IMG/VR virus record: IMGVR_UViG_3300046008_000291
Coordinates: 113,659 to 177,658 of that record
Direction: 5' to 3' (one strand)
Length of the DNA: 64,000 nt
Source of the DNA: a virus
The notes below the pieces were generated by a model that saw only the letters and a program-made list of their open reading frames with translations, ran no database searches and was not told where the DNA came from. The first letter of the stretch is position 1. The number at the start of each line of letters is the position of its first letter. This document shows, piece after piece, positions 47,766 to 56,572 of the stretch. The translations under genes and the position numbers were made by a program.

Positions 47766-48212
47766 CTAAAATGGTATTGCACTGTAATCAACTTCGTCGT
47801 CAATATCGTACTCTTCTTCAAGATGCAAGCGCCATTCGTCAACACTGGTACATCCGACAGTGCCTTTAACTTCACGACCAGTTTTAATGGTGCGTAGTAA
47901 TTGCCGATTACGTTCGACTTGTTCTTTTTCCTTACGTTTCTTATCATTGCCAAGTTTAAGCATCTCTTCGTAGCCGCGAGCCCATTCAACGCCAGTTAAC
48001 CAGGTATTGATCTCCTCAAGTGTACCTATAAAGATATCGGCATCACGACTGTAGTGTGGTAAACAATCTTCCTTAGGTTTTAAACAGATATAACTTATAA
48101 TGTTGTTAGCACCATAGTTATAATTAGCTGAAGAAGAAAACTTAAACCCAAGCTCTTCTGCTCGAGCTTCTACACGTTTCATACGCTGTACATCATCCCA
48201 ACCTAAGGCCAT
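47766..48212 (-). CDS. Hypothetical protein (148 aa)
   Basis: ORF in a coupled run; no motif recognised. Confidence 0.6.
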   Translation of the reverse strand: MALGWDDVQRMKRVEARAEELGFKFSSSANYNYGANNIISYICLKPKEDCLPHYSRDADIFIGTLEEINTWLTGVEWARGYEEMLKLGNDKKRKEKEQVERNRQLLRTIKTGREVKGTVGCTSVDEWRLHLEEEYDIDDEVDYSAIPF

Positions 48213-48670
48213 TATCGTTTTTCCAATTCTTTTATGAAGTCTTCAGCAAGCATACCAGAACTTGCGCCTTTATAGTTAGGATCATCACCGGCACTCCAAC
48301 TTGGACCCCACATAGGAGTTGGTTTAGAAGTAGTTGGTGTACCGATCGGACCAAACGGACTGCCCGGATTGTATGGTGGTGTAAATGGTTCAACTTGACG
48401 CTTTTGTTGATCCCATTTAATCTTGTTTAGATCATCTTCTAAACGACCTAATCGTTGATTAAGATTGCGCATATCCTCAAACACACGTGCTAGCGGACCG
48501 TTGCGTAGCATTTGATCAGGATGTTCTGATGTACACAGCACAGTTATAGTCATAAGCGCACGTAAGGAGTCCTTAATGCGTTGATCGTCTGACTCTAGTG
48601 CAGAATCAATGACTCGAATAATCTGTTCAAGATCAAAGTCTTTTTGGTCTTTTAGCCTACCTGTACTCAT
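48212..48670 (-). CDS. Hypothetical protein (152 aa), coiled coil plus Pro-rich tail
   Basis: TAATG-coupled ORF. Confidence 0.6.
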   Translation of the reverse strand: MSTGRLKDQKDFDLEQIIRVIDSALESDDQRIKDSLRALMTITVLCTSEHPDQMLRNGPLARVFEDMRNLNQRLGRLEDDLNKIKWDQQKRQVEPFTPPYNPGSPFGPIGTPTTSKPTPMWGPSWSAGDDPNYKGASSGMLAEDFIKELEKR

Positions 48671-49005
48671 TACTCAACCACCTCTAACTTAGGTTTGGTT
48701 TTAAGTCGAGTTACATTCTTTGGCTTTTCTGGAGTAGCAGGTCTATAGTGGGTTGCTACTTCCACAATAGGAAAAACCCAAGAATTCTCTTCTTTATTAT
48801 CACCAAAGAAGTATTCTAACAATTTCTTACCAAACCCTTTACGGTTTGGCACAGCCATAACCATTATTTTACCCGACAATTCATTATACTGTTCGGTGGT
48901 GATGTATTTGTACTTCCATAGATAAGCAAGTGTGTCGTGTGTAGCACTAGACATTTGCTCTGCTAACTCTGTAGGACTATAACTAAAACTTTGATATACT
49001 GACAT
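48670..49005 (-). CDS. Hypothetical protein (111 aa)
   Basis: TAATG-coupled ORF. Confidence 0.6.
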   Translation of the reverse strand: MSVYQSFSYSPTELAEQMSSATHDTLAYLWKYKYITTEQYNELSGKIMVMAVPNRKGFGKKLLEYFFGDNKEENSWVFPIVEVATHYRPATPEKPKNVTRLKTKPKLEVVE

Positions 49006-50279
49006 TAATTGGATCCTTTCGATAAATCATAATAAGCTGTAATACCAAACGGCGCTTCGATACTAGTAGTACCGTGTATTACAAATAATGTGTCTGCGTA
49101 ACTCTCGTCACCCCAACCACCACCTGGGTAACCATCTGTAAACATAATAAACAATTTTGGCGCAATTTCATTTTCACGCATAAATTCCCAATTACATTCA
49201 AAGTCTGTACCACCGCCACCTTGTAATTCGTAAGTGTCAATGTCGTCAATGTTATCTGGCGTGAATTTTTCGTAACCATAAACATCTGTATCAAATGACC
49301 ATACATCAAGTTTAAAGTCGTCAAACGCCTCCATAATACCTTTAACTTCACTTAAGATATCACGCAACATACCTTCACTCATACTGCCCGACGCATCAAT
49401 GCTAACACTAACATCAATTGTTTCTGCAAAGTTGCTACCTGGCAAAATTGCATCTAAATGTTGCCCTTTTCTATTCATACGTGCCCAGGTAAAGTCAGCA
49501 CGTACTAAACTCTGTACCTGTTGTCTAATCAGTTCACGCCAGTTTAGTTGTGGGTTTGTTAGCTTATTAATCAAACGTTTAACACCCATTGGCAAGTTAC
49601 CTGCACCTGCCGCTTCTGCCGCTTGTAGTACAGCTTCGCGTATTTCGTCACGCAATGCTTTCTTTTCTTCAGCAGTCATTTTAGCAGGGCGACCATCTTT
49701 GCCCTCGCCGTTGCCGTCACTATCGCCTTCACCAGCATCGTCATCATCATCTAAGTGTTCATCTAACAATTGTTTAAGCAAATCATTAACGTTAATTTTT
49801 TCAGCGTTTTCATACAGCAAGTCATACACTTCTTCTGAGCTCATTCCTGCATATTTTTTATCATACAAAATCGGCACACTTGTAATTTTCTCACCGATCT
49901 TGCTGTTAATTAAATCAGCATTAACACAATAGTCTGCCGCAACGTTATACAATTGCGCATCTCTATCTTGTCTACGTCCCATGTGATCGTAAACTACATG
50001 CAACACTTCATGCCCAACTAAAAACTCCACTTGTTTCTGTGGCAGTTTGTTTACAAATTCACTGTTATAGTAAAAATTACGTCCGTCTGTAGCCGCAGTA
50101 CTACACCACTCATCAGCGTTAACTAATTTTAAGCGTGTTGCTAAGTTGCCAAAAAATGGCGCCTTAAGCAATAGCGCAATACGTGCCGTAATAAGTTTTT
50201 CACGTACAGCCGCATCAATACGTGCGTCTGTTACTGTTACAACTTTTTTCTTTTCTGCGCTAGTTGTTGCTGTTGCCAT
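49005..50279 (-). CDS. DUF2201-type putative metallopeptidase plus VWA domain (MoxR partner)
   Basis: TAATDG..GHEVLH (HExxH), acidic linker, MIDAS DASGS..SFDT..GGGGTDF..MFTDG. Confidence 0.85.
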   Translation of the reverse strand: MATATTSAEKKKVVTVTDARIDAAVREKLITARIALLLKAPFFGNLATRLKLVNADEWCSTAATDGRNFYYNSEFVNKLPQKQVEFLVGHEVLHVVYDHMGRRQDRDAQLYNVAADYCVNADLINSKIGEKITSVPILYDKKYAGMSSEEVYDLLYENAEKINVNDLLKQLLDEHLDDDDDAGEGDSDGNGEGKDGRPAKMTAEEKKALRDEIREAVLQAAEAAGAGNLPMGVKRLINKLTNPQLNWRELIRQQVQSLVRADFTWARMNRKGQHLDAILPGSNFAETIDVSVSIDASGSMSEGMLRDILSEVKGIMEAFDDFKLDVWSFDTDVYGYEKFTPDNIDDIDTYELQGGGGTDFECNWEFMRENEIAPKLFIMFTDGYPGGGWGDESYADTLFVIHGTTSIEAPFGITAYYDLSKGSN

Positions 50280-50310
50280 TACCTGCTCCTAATTGTTTAC
50301 TATAACAGCT

Positions 50311-50339
50311 ATTATACATTCAAATGTGGTGTTTGTCAA
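50311..50339 (-). promoter_or_regulatory. Consensus sigma70 promoter
   Basis: Reverse strand TTGACA-17-TATAAT; the -35 contains the TGA stop of the upstream ORF. Confidence 0.85.
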
Positions 50340-50647
50340 GTGCTGTGTGCCAAGGTGAAGAATGCCAATGCTTCTTCCGTTACATAAATTCTTAATAGGT
50401 GGTGATCAGATTGCCAAGCCCACTTTGGAGTTTGGTGGGTAAGACTGTTTATTCGATGACACTTACCAAGTTCGGCGCTTGGACCAAACTTCTCCCAAAA
50501 CCAAACACGGTGTTTGAGAAAATTTAATTCGTTATCTGATATATTACTAAACCCACGTCGAACATAAACATTATAATTTATATAATGATTAAACAGTTCG
50601 TGACCAGTATGTCTACGGTCCATCTTAGTTATTTTGAAATCACTCAT
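50336..50647 (-). CDS. Hypothetical protein (103 aa)
   Basis: ORF between the terminator and the VWA promoter. Confidence 0.6.
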   Translation of the reverse strand: MSDFKITKMDRRHTGHELFNHYINYNVYVRRGFSNISDNELNFLKHRVWFWEKFGPSAELGKCHRINSLTHQTPKWAWQSDHHLLRIYVTEEALAFFTLAHST

Positions 50648-50655
50648 CGAATGTA

Positions 50656-50677
50656 AAAAGCCCCTTGCGGGGCTTTT
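50656..50677 (-). terminator. Rho-independent terminator (potentially bidirectional)
   Basis: AAAAGCCCC-GCAA-GGGGCTTTTT on the minus strand, directly after the MoxR stop. Confidence 0.85.
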
Positions 50678-50682
50678 CCTTA

Positions 50683-51780
50683 TTATGCTACTGCCGCTAC
50701 TACGTACTTGCCAAAGCGTTTGTGGAACTCATCAAAGTTTTTCAACTTGTTAGGCACAAAAGGCAAGTTAAAAGTTGTTAACGCTACACGTGCGCCCATA
50801 ACAGTAACTTCTGTTGTAAAGTTTTCCATCATAAACTTAAAGAAGTAATCTGCCATAGTGTGCCATTTAGCATTATCTTCCTTGCCAATCTTAGTGTACG
50901 CATCTTTCAACTCGTAACACATACTCATTGTCAAACTGTACATAGCACTAATTTCTTTAACAGCAAGTTCTGTAACCTTGCCATTTAAAATGTCTGTTGG
51001 GTTAGGCATTTTAGCAGAAATCTTTCTATGCGCCATAAACTTAACAGCAGTACCTTCACCAATAGTACCTGCTACAATATCTGTAGTAGTGCTATCTGCC
51101 ATGCCGTCGTCTAACAACTCACTAACAAACGTCCAGCTACGAGGTGTTGCAAAACTACGACTTGAACTTTTTGGATCAAAGTCATACAAATCTTGTTTAG
51201 CAAAACTAATGTAACCAATAACGTCTTTGTTAATGCGATTTTCAGTAGCCCATTGTAACCAGCTATCAAAGTCTACACGCATTTCTAAATGCACAAACCT
51301 GTTAGCAAGTGGACTTGGCATTCTGTAGCTAACACCTTTGTCACCATCCCTGTTACCTGCCGCTACCAACACAACGTTATCAGGCAGTTTATACTTGCCT
51401 ACACGTCTGTTCAATACAAGTTGATAAGCAACTGCCTGCACACTCGGCGCCGCACTGTTCATCTCATCTAAAAACAATACCACAATCGGATATTGTGCAG
51501 CCATTTCTTCTGTGGGCAAATCAATTGGCGGAGCCCAATCCATCACGCCCAAGTCTTTGTTAAAGTAAGGAATACCACGTATGTCCGTCGGGTCCATTTG
51601 TGCCAAGCGTAAGTCAATCATCAACCCGCCCATGTCCTTAGTAATACCTTCTACTAATTCACTTTTACCAATACCTGGAGGACCCCATAAAAATAATGGG
51701 CGTTGTTTTGTAAAGCAACGTAAAATTGCCGCCTTTGCTTCTGTTGCTGTAACAGTTCTATTTTCAGTCATTGCCGCCAT
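50683..51780 (-). CDS. MoxR-like AAA+ ATPase
   Basis: LWGPPGIGKS (Walker A), LFLDEMN (Walker B), AAGN, PLANRFVH, TPRSW. Confidence 0.9.
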   Translation of the reverse strand: MAAMTENRTVTATEAKAAILRCFTKQRPLFLWGPPGIGKSELVEGITKDMGGLMIDLRLAQMDPTDIRGIPYFNKDLGVMDWAPPIDLPTEEMAAQYPIVVLFLDEMNSAAPSVQAVAYQLVLNRRVGKYKLPDNVVLVAAGNRDGDKGVSYRMPSPLANRFVHLEMRVDFDSWLQWATENRINKDVIGYISFAKQDLYDFDPKSSSRSFATPRSWTFVSELLDDGMADSTTTDIVAGTIGEGTAVKFMAHRKISAKMPNPTDILNGKVTELAVKEISAMYSLTMSMCYELKDAYTKIGKEDNAKWHTMADYFFKFMMENFTTEVTVMGARVALTTFNLPFVPNKLKNFDEFHKRFGKYVVAAVA

Positions 51781-51821
51781 TTTAAATCCTTCCTAATTAA
51801 TTATTAAATGTAACAAAACAG

Positions 51822-51850
51822 ATTATACTATCAAATTCTTGTTTTGTCAA
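51822..51850 (-). promoter_or_regulatory. Consensus sigma70 promoter
   Basis: TTGACA-17-TATAAT upstream of MoxR. Confidence 0.85.
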
Positions 51851-51857
51851 GTGCTGA

Positions 51858-52022
51858 TTAATCACCAACAATACCTGCGGCAATTTCCCAAACTACCCAA
51901 CCAACAGCAAAGTTACCTAATAGGTCATGTAACGCCGATCCATTCTCACCAAGTAATCCTAATGTTACATAACCGATGATTAACATTATTGAAATTAAAA
52001 TACGTTGTAAATTTTTACTCAT
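51858..52022 (-). CDS. Small membrane protein, 54 aa, two hydrophobic segments
   Basis: Not in the ORF track: MSKNLQRILISIMLIIGYVTLGLLGENGSALHDLLGNFAVGWVVWEIAAGIVGD; TAATG-coupled. Confidence 0.55.
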   Translation of the reverse strand: MSKNLQRILISIMLIIGYVTLGLLGENGSALHDLLGNFAVGWVVWEIAAGIVGD

Positions 52023-52432
52023 TACGCAAACTCCTTTTCTTTTGTGCAGGTATATGGCTCATCCCATTCACCTACGTTTAAATGAATGTAATAGGCAATG
52101 TGGAAATAATCTATTTGCGAATCACTTTTATCAAACCAAGCACGACCACCGGCACGAGCCGGGGCACACTTGATAATTTCTAATACCTGTTCAAAGAACG
52201 CTTCGTACTTGCCATAGTTATATAAATGATATTCGTTAATTTGAACATATTTACGTTTAGTAGGTAAATGACCATCGTCAAACACTTCAGCAAAGTCAAC
52301 TGGACCTTGTTTAATAGTTACATCAACTGAACTGCCCGCATAACCTTTACGTACACCAAATTTGAATTTAGGAAATGTTGCTTTAAGTTCGTCACGTATT
52401 GCTTTTACATCTTGTGCGCTAATATAAGCCAT
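52022..52432 (-). CDS. Phage protein, LPD29-like (large polyvalent protein-associated domain)
   Basis: VKAIRDELKATFPKFKFGVRK..SSVDVTI..GP..DYFH.AYY pattern; AGGAG RBS. Family call from memory. Confidence 0.45.
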   Translation of the reverse strand: MAYISAQDVKAIRDELKATFPKFKFGVRKGYAGSSVDVTIKQGPVDFAEVFDDGHLPTKRKYVQINEYHLYNYGKYEAFFEQVLEIIKCAPARAGGRAWFDKSDSQIDYFHIAYYIHLNVGEWDEPYTCTKEKEFA

Positions 52433-52465
52433 TTATTACTCCTGTGTTGTTAGTGTATGTGTAAC

Positions 52466-52494
52466 ATTATACAGTCAATTTACCAAAATGTCAA
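52466..52494 (-). promoter_or_regulatory. Consensus sigma70 promoter
   Basis: TTGACA-17-TATAAT. Confidence 0.85.
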
Positions 52495-52497
52495 CCG

Positions 52498-53028
52498 TTA
52501 TTTGCCATCCAATTTAGCAAGTCCAGCCGCTAGTGTAGCTTTAGCACGAGCCAACAGTGTTGCATCACCGTCAGTCATTACTTCAAGCATTGCGGCTTTC
52601 TCTTTAAGGTACACCCTGGCAAAGCCCGGATCATGCTCAACAATACTAGCAGTGTTTGACAACAAGTCAGCAAGTTTGATTGTTTTAGCATCGGCACACG
52701 CACTAGCAGTGTGTGCTAAATCAATAGCCTTGCGCACTGCTCTGTTACCGTCGGCGGTAGTACTAACATCAGTCAAGTCTGCTACGTACATTGCAACAAT
52801 TGGACCAAACTCTGCACGGATAGCCTCGATAGTAACACCAGTATCTTCTACGGTGTCATGCAACCAAGCGGCCGCTAGCATTTCGTCTGTGTGGGGAACA
52901 GTGGCAACAATAGCCGCAACTTCGGCAGGATGAACAATGTAGTCTTCACCTGTGTATTTTCGTTTATGACCGATTGCGCGATGCGCATGTGCAGCAAATG
53001 CTCTTGCTCTGCTTACTAATGATGACAT
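52498..53028 (-). CDS. HD-domain protein, RelA/SpoT-hydrolase (small alarmone hydrolase/Mesh1)-like
   Basis: AH...RK..G..YIVHP..V..AAWLHDTVEDT..EFG..V...LTD..RK..IKLAD..SN; visibly more GC-rich than the flanks. Confidence 0.8.
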   Translation of the reverse strand: MSSLVSRARAFAAHAHRAIGHKRKYTGEDYIVHPAEVAAIVATVPHTDEMLAAAWLHDTVEDTGVTIEAIRAEFGPIVAMYVADLTDVSTTADGNRAVRKAIDLAHTASACADAKTIKLADLLSNTASIVEHDPGFARVYLKEKAAMLEVMTDGDATLLARAKATLAAGLAKLDGK

Positions 53029-53053
53029 GTTTGACTCCTAACTATTAAGTGCT

Positions 53054-53082
53054 ATTATACACTCTTAATAGGTAAAAGTCAA
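53054..53082 (-). promoter_or_regulatory. Sigma70 promoter
   Basis: TTGACT-17-TATAAT upstream of the HD gene. Confidence 0.8.
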
Positions 53083-53085
53083 TCG

Positions 53086-53196
53086 TTAATTTGGATTATT
53101 ATATGAGGAGGCGTGTCGACAGTTAAAACACGTATTAAATTTTGCACAACCACTGAGAACTGCAACTGCTACTGCCATTGCAATAAGATACCGCAT
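53086..53196 (-). CDS. Tiny lipoprotein, 36 aa (MRYLIAMAVAVAVLSG-CAKFNTCFNCRHASSYNNPN)
   Basis: Not in the ORF track; AAAGGA RBS; basic n-region, hydrophobic h-region, LSGC lipobox. Confidence 0.6.
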   Translation of the reverse strand: MRYLIAMAVAVAVLSGCAKFNTCFNCRHASSYNNPN

Positions 53197-53208
53197 ATAG
53201 GTCCTTTC

Positions 53209-53502
53209 TTAGTTGATTTGAACTAAAACACGACGATAACAAGCACAATTACCATCATAAATGTTCTGATATTGGTAGATTGGTTCGTTGTTAGCTGGAA
53301 CATAACTTGGTAGTGGTGTATACTGTGGTTGCTGTACCACTACAGTACGAGGTTGTGCAATAATATAACCTAGTGTACCACCAACAATTAATGGAAGTAA
53401 TACGTCATTACCGTTGCTATGATAGTATCGATTGTAATAACCATCTGCGGCTGCAGTGGTGCTAAGTGATAATAACAGTGTTGCTAGTAATAGCTTCTTC
53501 AT
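53209..53502 (-). CDS. Exported protein (97 aa) with Sec signal peptide, hydrophobic GGxxG segment and Pro/Gln/Tyr-rich tail
   Basis: MKKLLLATLLLSLSTTAAA-; LLPLIVGGTLGYIIA; terminal CAC; AAGGAG RBS. Confidence 0.65.
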   Translation of the reverse strand: MKKLLLATLLLSLSTTAAADGYYNRYYHSNGNDVLLPLIVGGTLGYIIAQPRTVVVQQPQYTPLPSYVPANNEPIYQYQNIYDGNCACYRRVLVQIN

Positions 53503-53526
53503 GTCTTACTCCTTATTAATGTCTAT

Positions 53527-53555
53527 ATTATACTATTAAAGTTCTTGATTGTCAA
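53527..53555 (-). promoter_or_regulatory. Consensus sigma70 promoter
   Basis: TTGACA-17-TATAAT; the -35 lies inside the 3' end of ORF 53536..53865. Confidence 0.8.
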
Positions 53556-53865
53556 GATATTGTTGTAGGTTGTTAGCATGTAGGCTTAACATCATAGCAT
53601 CACGGTCGCTGACAATGTGTATGGTCTTACGATTTTGTACGTAATACGGCTCCTTAAACCAACGCTCTAGCTGTACAAACGTTTTAGGACGTATATCGTG
53701 ACTAAGTTCAAACTTATAGAATTTAACATGTTTACGTACTTCCAAATAGGCTCTTTGGGTCAATCGTAAACTGTTGTGATTAGTTGGATTATACCACCAA
53801 CTGCTAGGACTTACTGAGTATGGAGTTAAAGCGTAAAACTTAGCCTGCCATTCTGCTTGTAACAT
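53536..53865 (-). CDS. Hypothetical protein (109 aa)
   Basis: ORF track. Confidence 0.6.
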   Translation of the reverse strand: MLQAEWQAKFYALTPYSVSPSSWWYNPTNHNSLRLTQRAYLEVRKHVKFYKFELSHDIRPKTFVQLERWFKEPYYVQNRKTIHIVSDRDAMMLSLHANNLQQYLDNQEL

Positions 53866-53867
53866 GA

Positions 53868-54155
53868 TTATGGATAGATGATATCGCCAGCTTTAAGTAG
53901 TACAACTGAAAACTTTTCTGACTTAAACAGCGTATTAAGTTTCTTAGCGAGATTGATTGCGTGACCGGGGTTACTAAATGACACTTTCTTGTATTTTGGA
54001 CCAGGGTAGGCTACAAGTATGTTTTGCGTTTTTAGATTGATTGGTTGATTGTCAAAGAAGACTGCCCAGATACCTTCTGAATCCAGAATCTGATCACTCT
54101 TGTAATTTGTTTTATTAACATGCTCTAATAGTACTGTCGGCTTTGGTCTTGACAT
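53868..54155 (-). CDS. Hypothetical phage protein (95 aa)
   Basis: MSRPKPTVLL..GIWAVF..YPGPKYKKVSFSNPGHA.NLAKKLN; AAGGA RBS. Confidence 0.65.
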   Translation of the reverse strand: MSRPKPTVLLEHVNKTNYKSDQILDSEGIWAVFFDNQPINLKTQNILVAYPGPKYKKVSFSNPGHAINLAKKLNTLFKSEKFSVVLLKAGDIIYP

Positions 54156-54174
54156 AAAGTATCCTTGCTACGTT

Positions 54175-54181
54175 TATTTAT
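54175..54181 (-). promoter_or_regulatory. Putative late promoter ATAAATA
   Basis: ATAAATA in the intergenic gap upstream of 54155. Confidence 0.4.
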
Positions 54182-54204
54182 GCCAATTAACTACATATAT
54201 AATT

Positions 54205-54438
54205 CTAAAAACCTCCGCCATCCATCTCAATATTAACTACTGCTTCGGCTTCTTCTGCTTCTTTAATAGCAGTTAATGCTGCAATTTGTGCTAGTAATTC
54301 AAATATATCGTTGTGTAAATTTCTAACATCTGTGGCAGATAGTGTTAGATCTTTACTGTTAGTTTGATTCATTACCTTAACTCGGTTGTTAAATGCCTTT
54401 AAATGCAGGCTAAGTTGATTCTCCATCATGACCCCCAT
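54205..54438 (-). CDS. Hypothetical protein (77 aa)
   Basis: ORF track; true start may be one of the downstream Met codons. Confidence 0.55.
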   Translation of the reverse strand: MGVMMENQLSLHLKAFNNRVKVMNQTNSKDLTLSATDVRNLHNDIFELLAQIAALTAIKEAEEAEAVVNIEMDGGGF

Positions 54439-54976
54439 TTGCTATTTTTAATTGAATATTTCGTTCTTCTTGTGTTTTGAATGGACCTTGATATGGATAC
54501 CTATTTAAAGTAATTAATTTTGGACAATAGCTTTTTACCCATCCATTATTAAACTGTACAATATAGTATCCTGCACAGAAGAAACTCTTACTTTTGCTAC
54601 CTTTAGTAAACACTGGCAACTTATGTTGTACGTCCCATAAAGCATTTTGCGGTTTATTTTCGCAAGGGTATCCGTATACTTCGTGGGTTTCTTTTGCTAC
54701 TTTAGTTACTTTGGTTTTATCAATAATAATGTTATATCGATCGCTTAACAGTTTTAGACTACTAAACTGTTCACGCTGGCCGTCATGTACTAATGTAACA
54801 CCTTTGTTACCGTCATTGGCAAGAATAGTAGCAACTTTGGTACCGTCACTTTCAACTACCCAACATTTATTCTTTACAATGGTTCGTGCTAATAAATTAA
54901 ATACTGGTCCTTCACAACTATCTGCACCTACGCAGGTTTTTTCAAATTGACAAAAGCGTTTATACTGTTCCGACAT
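54410..54976 (-). CDS. Hypothetical protein (~188 aa)
   Basis: ATG at 54976 (MSEQYK) in frame with the track ORF; SKSFFCAGYY..W.KSYCPKL.TL.RYPY.GPFK. Confidence 0.6.
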   Translation of the reverse strand: MSEQYKRFCQFEKTCVGADSCEGPVFNLLARTIVKNKCWVVESDGTKVATILANDGNKGVTLVHDGQREQFSSLKLLSDRYNIIIDKTKVTKVAKETHEVYGYPCENKPQNALWDVQHKLPVFTKGSKSKSFFCAGYYIVQFNNGWVKSYCPKLITLNRYPYQGPFKTQEERNIQLKIANGGHDGEST

Positions 54977-55325
54977 AGATAATTCCAATATATGTTAAGT
55001 AATGCAGTCCTTGATCTGCACCCATCCAAACCCAAAACATGCGATCTGTGGTGCTTAGGCCCTTATTTAGTTGTTGTTTTGCCCAATCGATGTGATAGTG
55101 TAGAACAAAGTCTAAGAACGCTAGACCAATAATAACGTTAGCATGATTGACAAAGCACACTAGGATTAAGAATGTCCAGCTAGCATGCACTAATGAGTGA
55201 TGAATACCACCCGTGGCACCGTATATACCTTTTTCACGCAGCATGTAATCATACTGCATAATAAAATCAGCAATAAAATGTTTAATGCCAAACAATGCCA
55301 ATAAGACAAAGACGGTAGTAGTCAT
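54960..55325 (-). CDS. DUF3307-like membrane protein
   Basis: KHFIADFIMQ..HHSLVH..HYHIDWAK..ADQGLH; His/Asp-rich hydrophobic protein. Confidence 0.7.
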   Translation of the reverse strand: MTTTVFVLLALFGIKHFIADFIMQYDYMLREKGIYGATGGIHHSLVHASWTFLILVCFVNHANVIIGLAFLDFVLHYHIDWAKQQLNKGLSTTDRMFWVWMGADQGLHYLTYIGIIYVGTV

Positions 55326-55327
55326 AG

Positions 55328-55879
55328 TTAGCCTCTAATAAAAGTACTGCGTGACTTAGGAGTTTCCCACCAATCAATACGATCCACGGTTACATTTAAC
55401 TTTTTCATCTTAGCGTCGACTAACTCTGCCATCCAGCTGGATAAGTTTTCGCTAGTAGGAACAAAGTCTACAATAAAGAAACCTTCGTAGTATTCATACT
55501 CCGGTGTGTTCGGTTCCAAGTCACTCAAATCAAGCGTACTACCTGCGTATTGATCTGTTTCTGGAATATACACTGGAATCATTGCACGTGTGCCAATTAA
55601 TTGACCAAACAATGGGTCATTAACATCCAGCATAAACTGATGATCAATATATTCATTAATCCATTTCTTCAACCATTCTAAATGACGAAAGTCTGTTACC
55701 ATACCTGTTGCATCTAATGTGCCAGTCGGGCTCTTTAAGAACACTTGCATCTTGCCCTCGTGTCCATGTAAATGTCTGCAAGCGCATTTCAAATCTGCAG
55801 CATACTCGCCATTTAATTGCTGGCTCCACACCCGATGACCGTAGCAAAACTCGAACGTCTTATCTATTACATGTGCCAT
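55328..55879 (-). CDS. queD: 6-carboxy-5,6,7,8-tetrahydropterin synthase
   Basis: FEFCYGHRV..CRHLHGHE..DFRHL..DHQF..PTSENLS..WETP. Confidence 0.88.
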   Translation of the reverse strand: MAHVIDKTFEFCYGHRVWSQQLNGEYAADLKCACRHLHGHEGKMQVFLKSPTGTLDATGMVTDFRHLEWLKKWINEYIDHQFMLDVNDPLFGQLIGTRAMIPVYIPETDQYAGSTLDLSDLEPNTPEYEYYEGFFIVDFVPTSENLSSWMAELVDAKMKKLNVTVDRIDWWETPKSRSTFIRG

Positions 55880-55904
55880 ATTATTTTCTCCATATTGTTA
55901 TATT

Positions 55905-55933
55905 AGTATACATATTTTTTAATTTATTGTCAA
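55905..55933 (-). promoter_or_regulatory. Sigma70 promoter upstream of queD
   Basis: TTGACA-17-TATACT. Confidence 0.8.
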
Positions 55934-55977
55934 ACTCTAATTCAGTGCCTATAATTTTACAGGCCAGTATAAGATAA

Positions 55978-56562
55978 CTAGATAATTTTAGCATCATGTA
56001 ATAAGTTTTCAAGCCCACGTTGTCGCTCTAAGAACTTAAAGAATAGTGCGAGAGTATTAACTGCATCAATGTCTGCTCTGTGCGCTGTGCCTTTGAACTG
56101 TAGTTTAAACGTGCCCATAGCACTAGCAAGCCCGCCACTAGGATTCTTGCCACGTGCAAACATCATAAACGTATAGAACGTTTTACAATCAATCCAACGA
56201 CGACCGAAGTGTGGAAAGTCTGCATAATTTTTACAGAACTCATCTAACAGTTCTCTACTATCACCACCACCCCAAGTGATTGGGTTGATCCAAGTGTTAT
56301 GTTGTTTGATTAAGTCACTGAGTTCACGTGCAACTGTAGCATGACTTACACAGTTTAATCTAATATCGTGATCAGTAATACCAGTCAAATCGATAATAAA
56401 TTGATCAATCGGCTCGTTTGGATCGATATACCATTTCTTAGTTATGTAATTTTCAAACTTATCATTGGCACTGCCAATGGCAATACCAACCTGAATGATC
56501 TTACCACTGGGTTGGTTTAATTCTAAGTCTAGTGCTAAAAACTTCTGTGATTTATCTATCAA
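55978..56562 (-). CDS. DEDDh 3'-5' exonuclease
   Basis: ALDLELN (ExoI), WGGGD (ExoII), HRADIDA (ExoIII). Confidence 0.82.
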   Translation of the reverse strand: MIDKSQKFLALDLELNQPSGKIIQVGIAIGSANDKFENYITKKWYIDPNEPIDQFIIDLTGITDHDIRLNCVSHATVARELSDLIKQHNTWINPITWGGGDSRELLDEFCKNYADFPHFGRRWIDCKTFYTFMMFARGKNPSGGLASAMGTFKLQFKGTAHRADIDAVNTLALFFKFLERQRGLENLLHDAKII

Positions 56563-56572
56563 AATTTACTTT

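Noticed and set aside
47756-47989. 78-aa N-terminal extension of the HIT ORF in the track
   Set aside because: It overlaps the 148-aa gene in another frame; an AGGA RBS precedes the ATG at 47755, giving a normal-sized HIT protein.
49399-49932. 177-aa antisense ORF
   Set aside because: Shadow of the VWA gene; its Ser/Leu-rich composition mirrors the sense-strand acidic linker.
52457-52933. 158-aa antisense ORF
   Set aside because: Shadow of the GC-richer HD gene (fewer antisense stops); no supporting signals.
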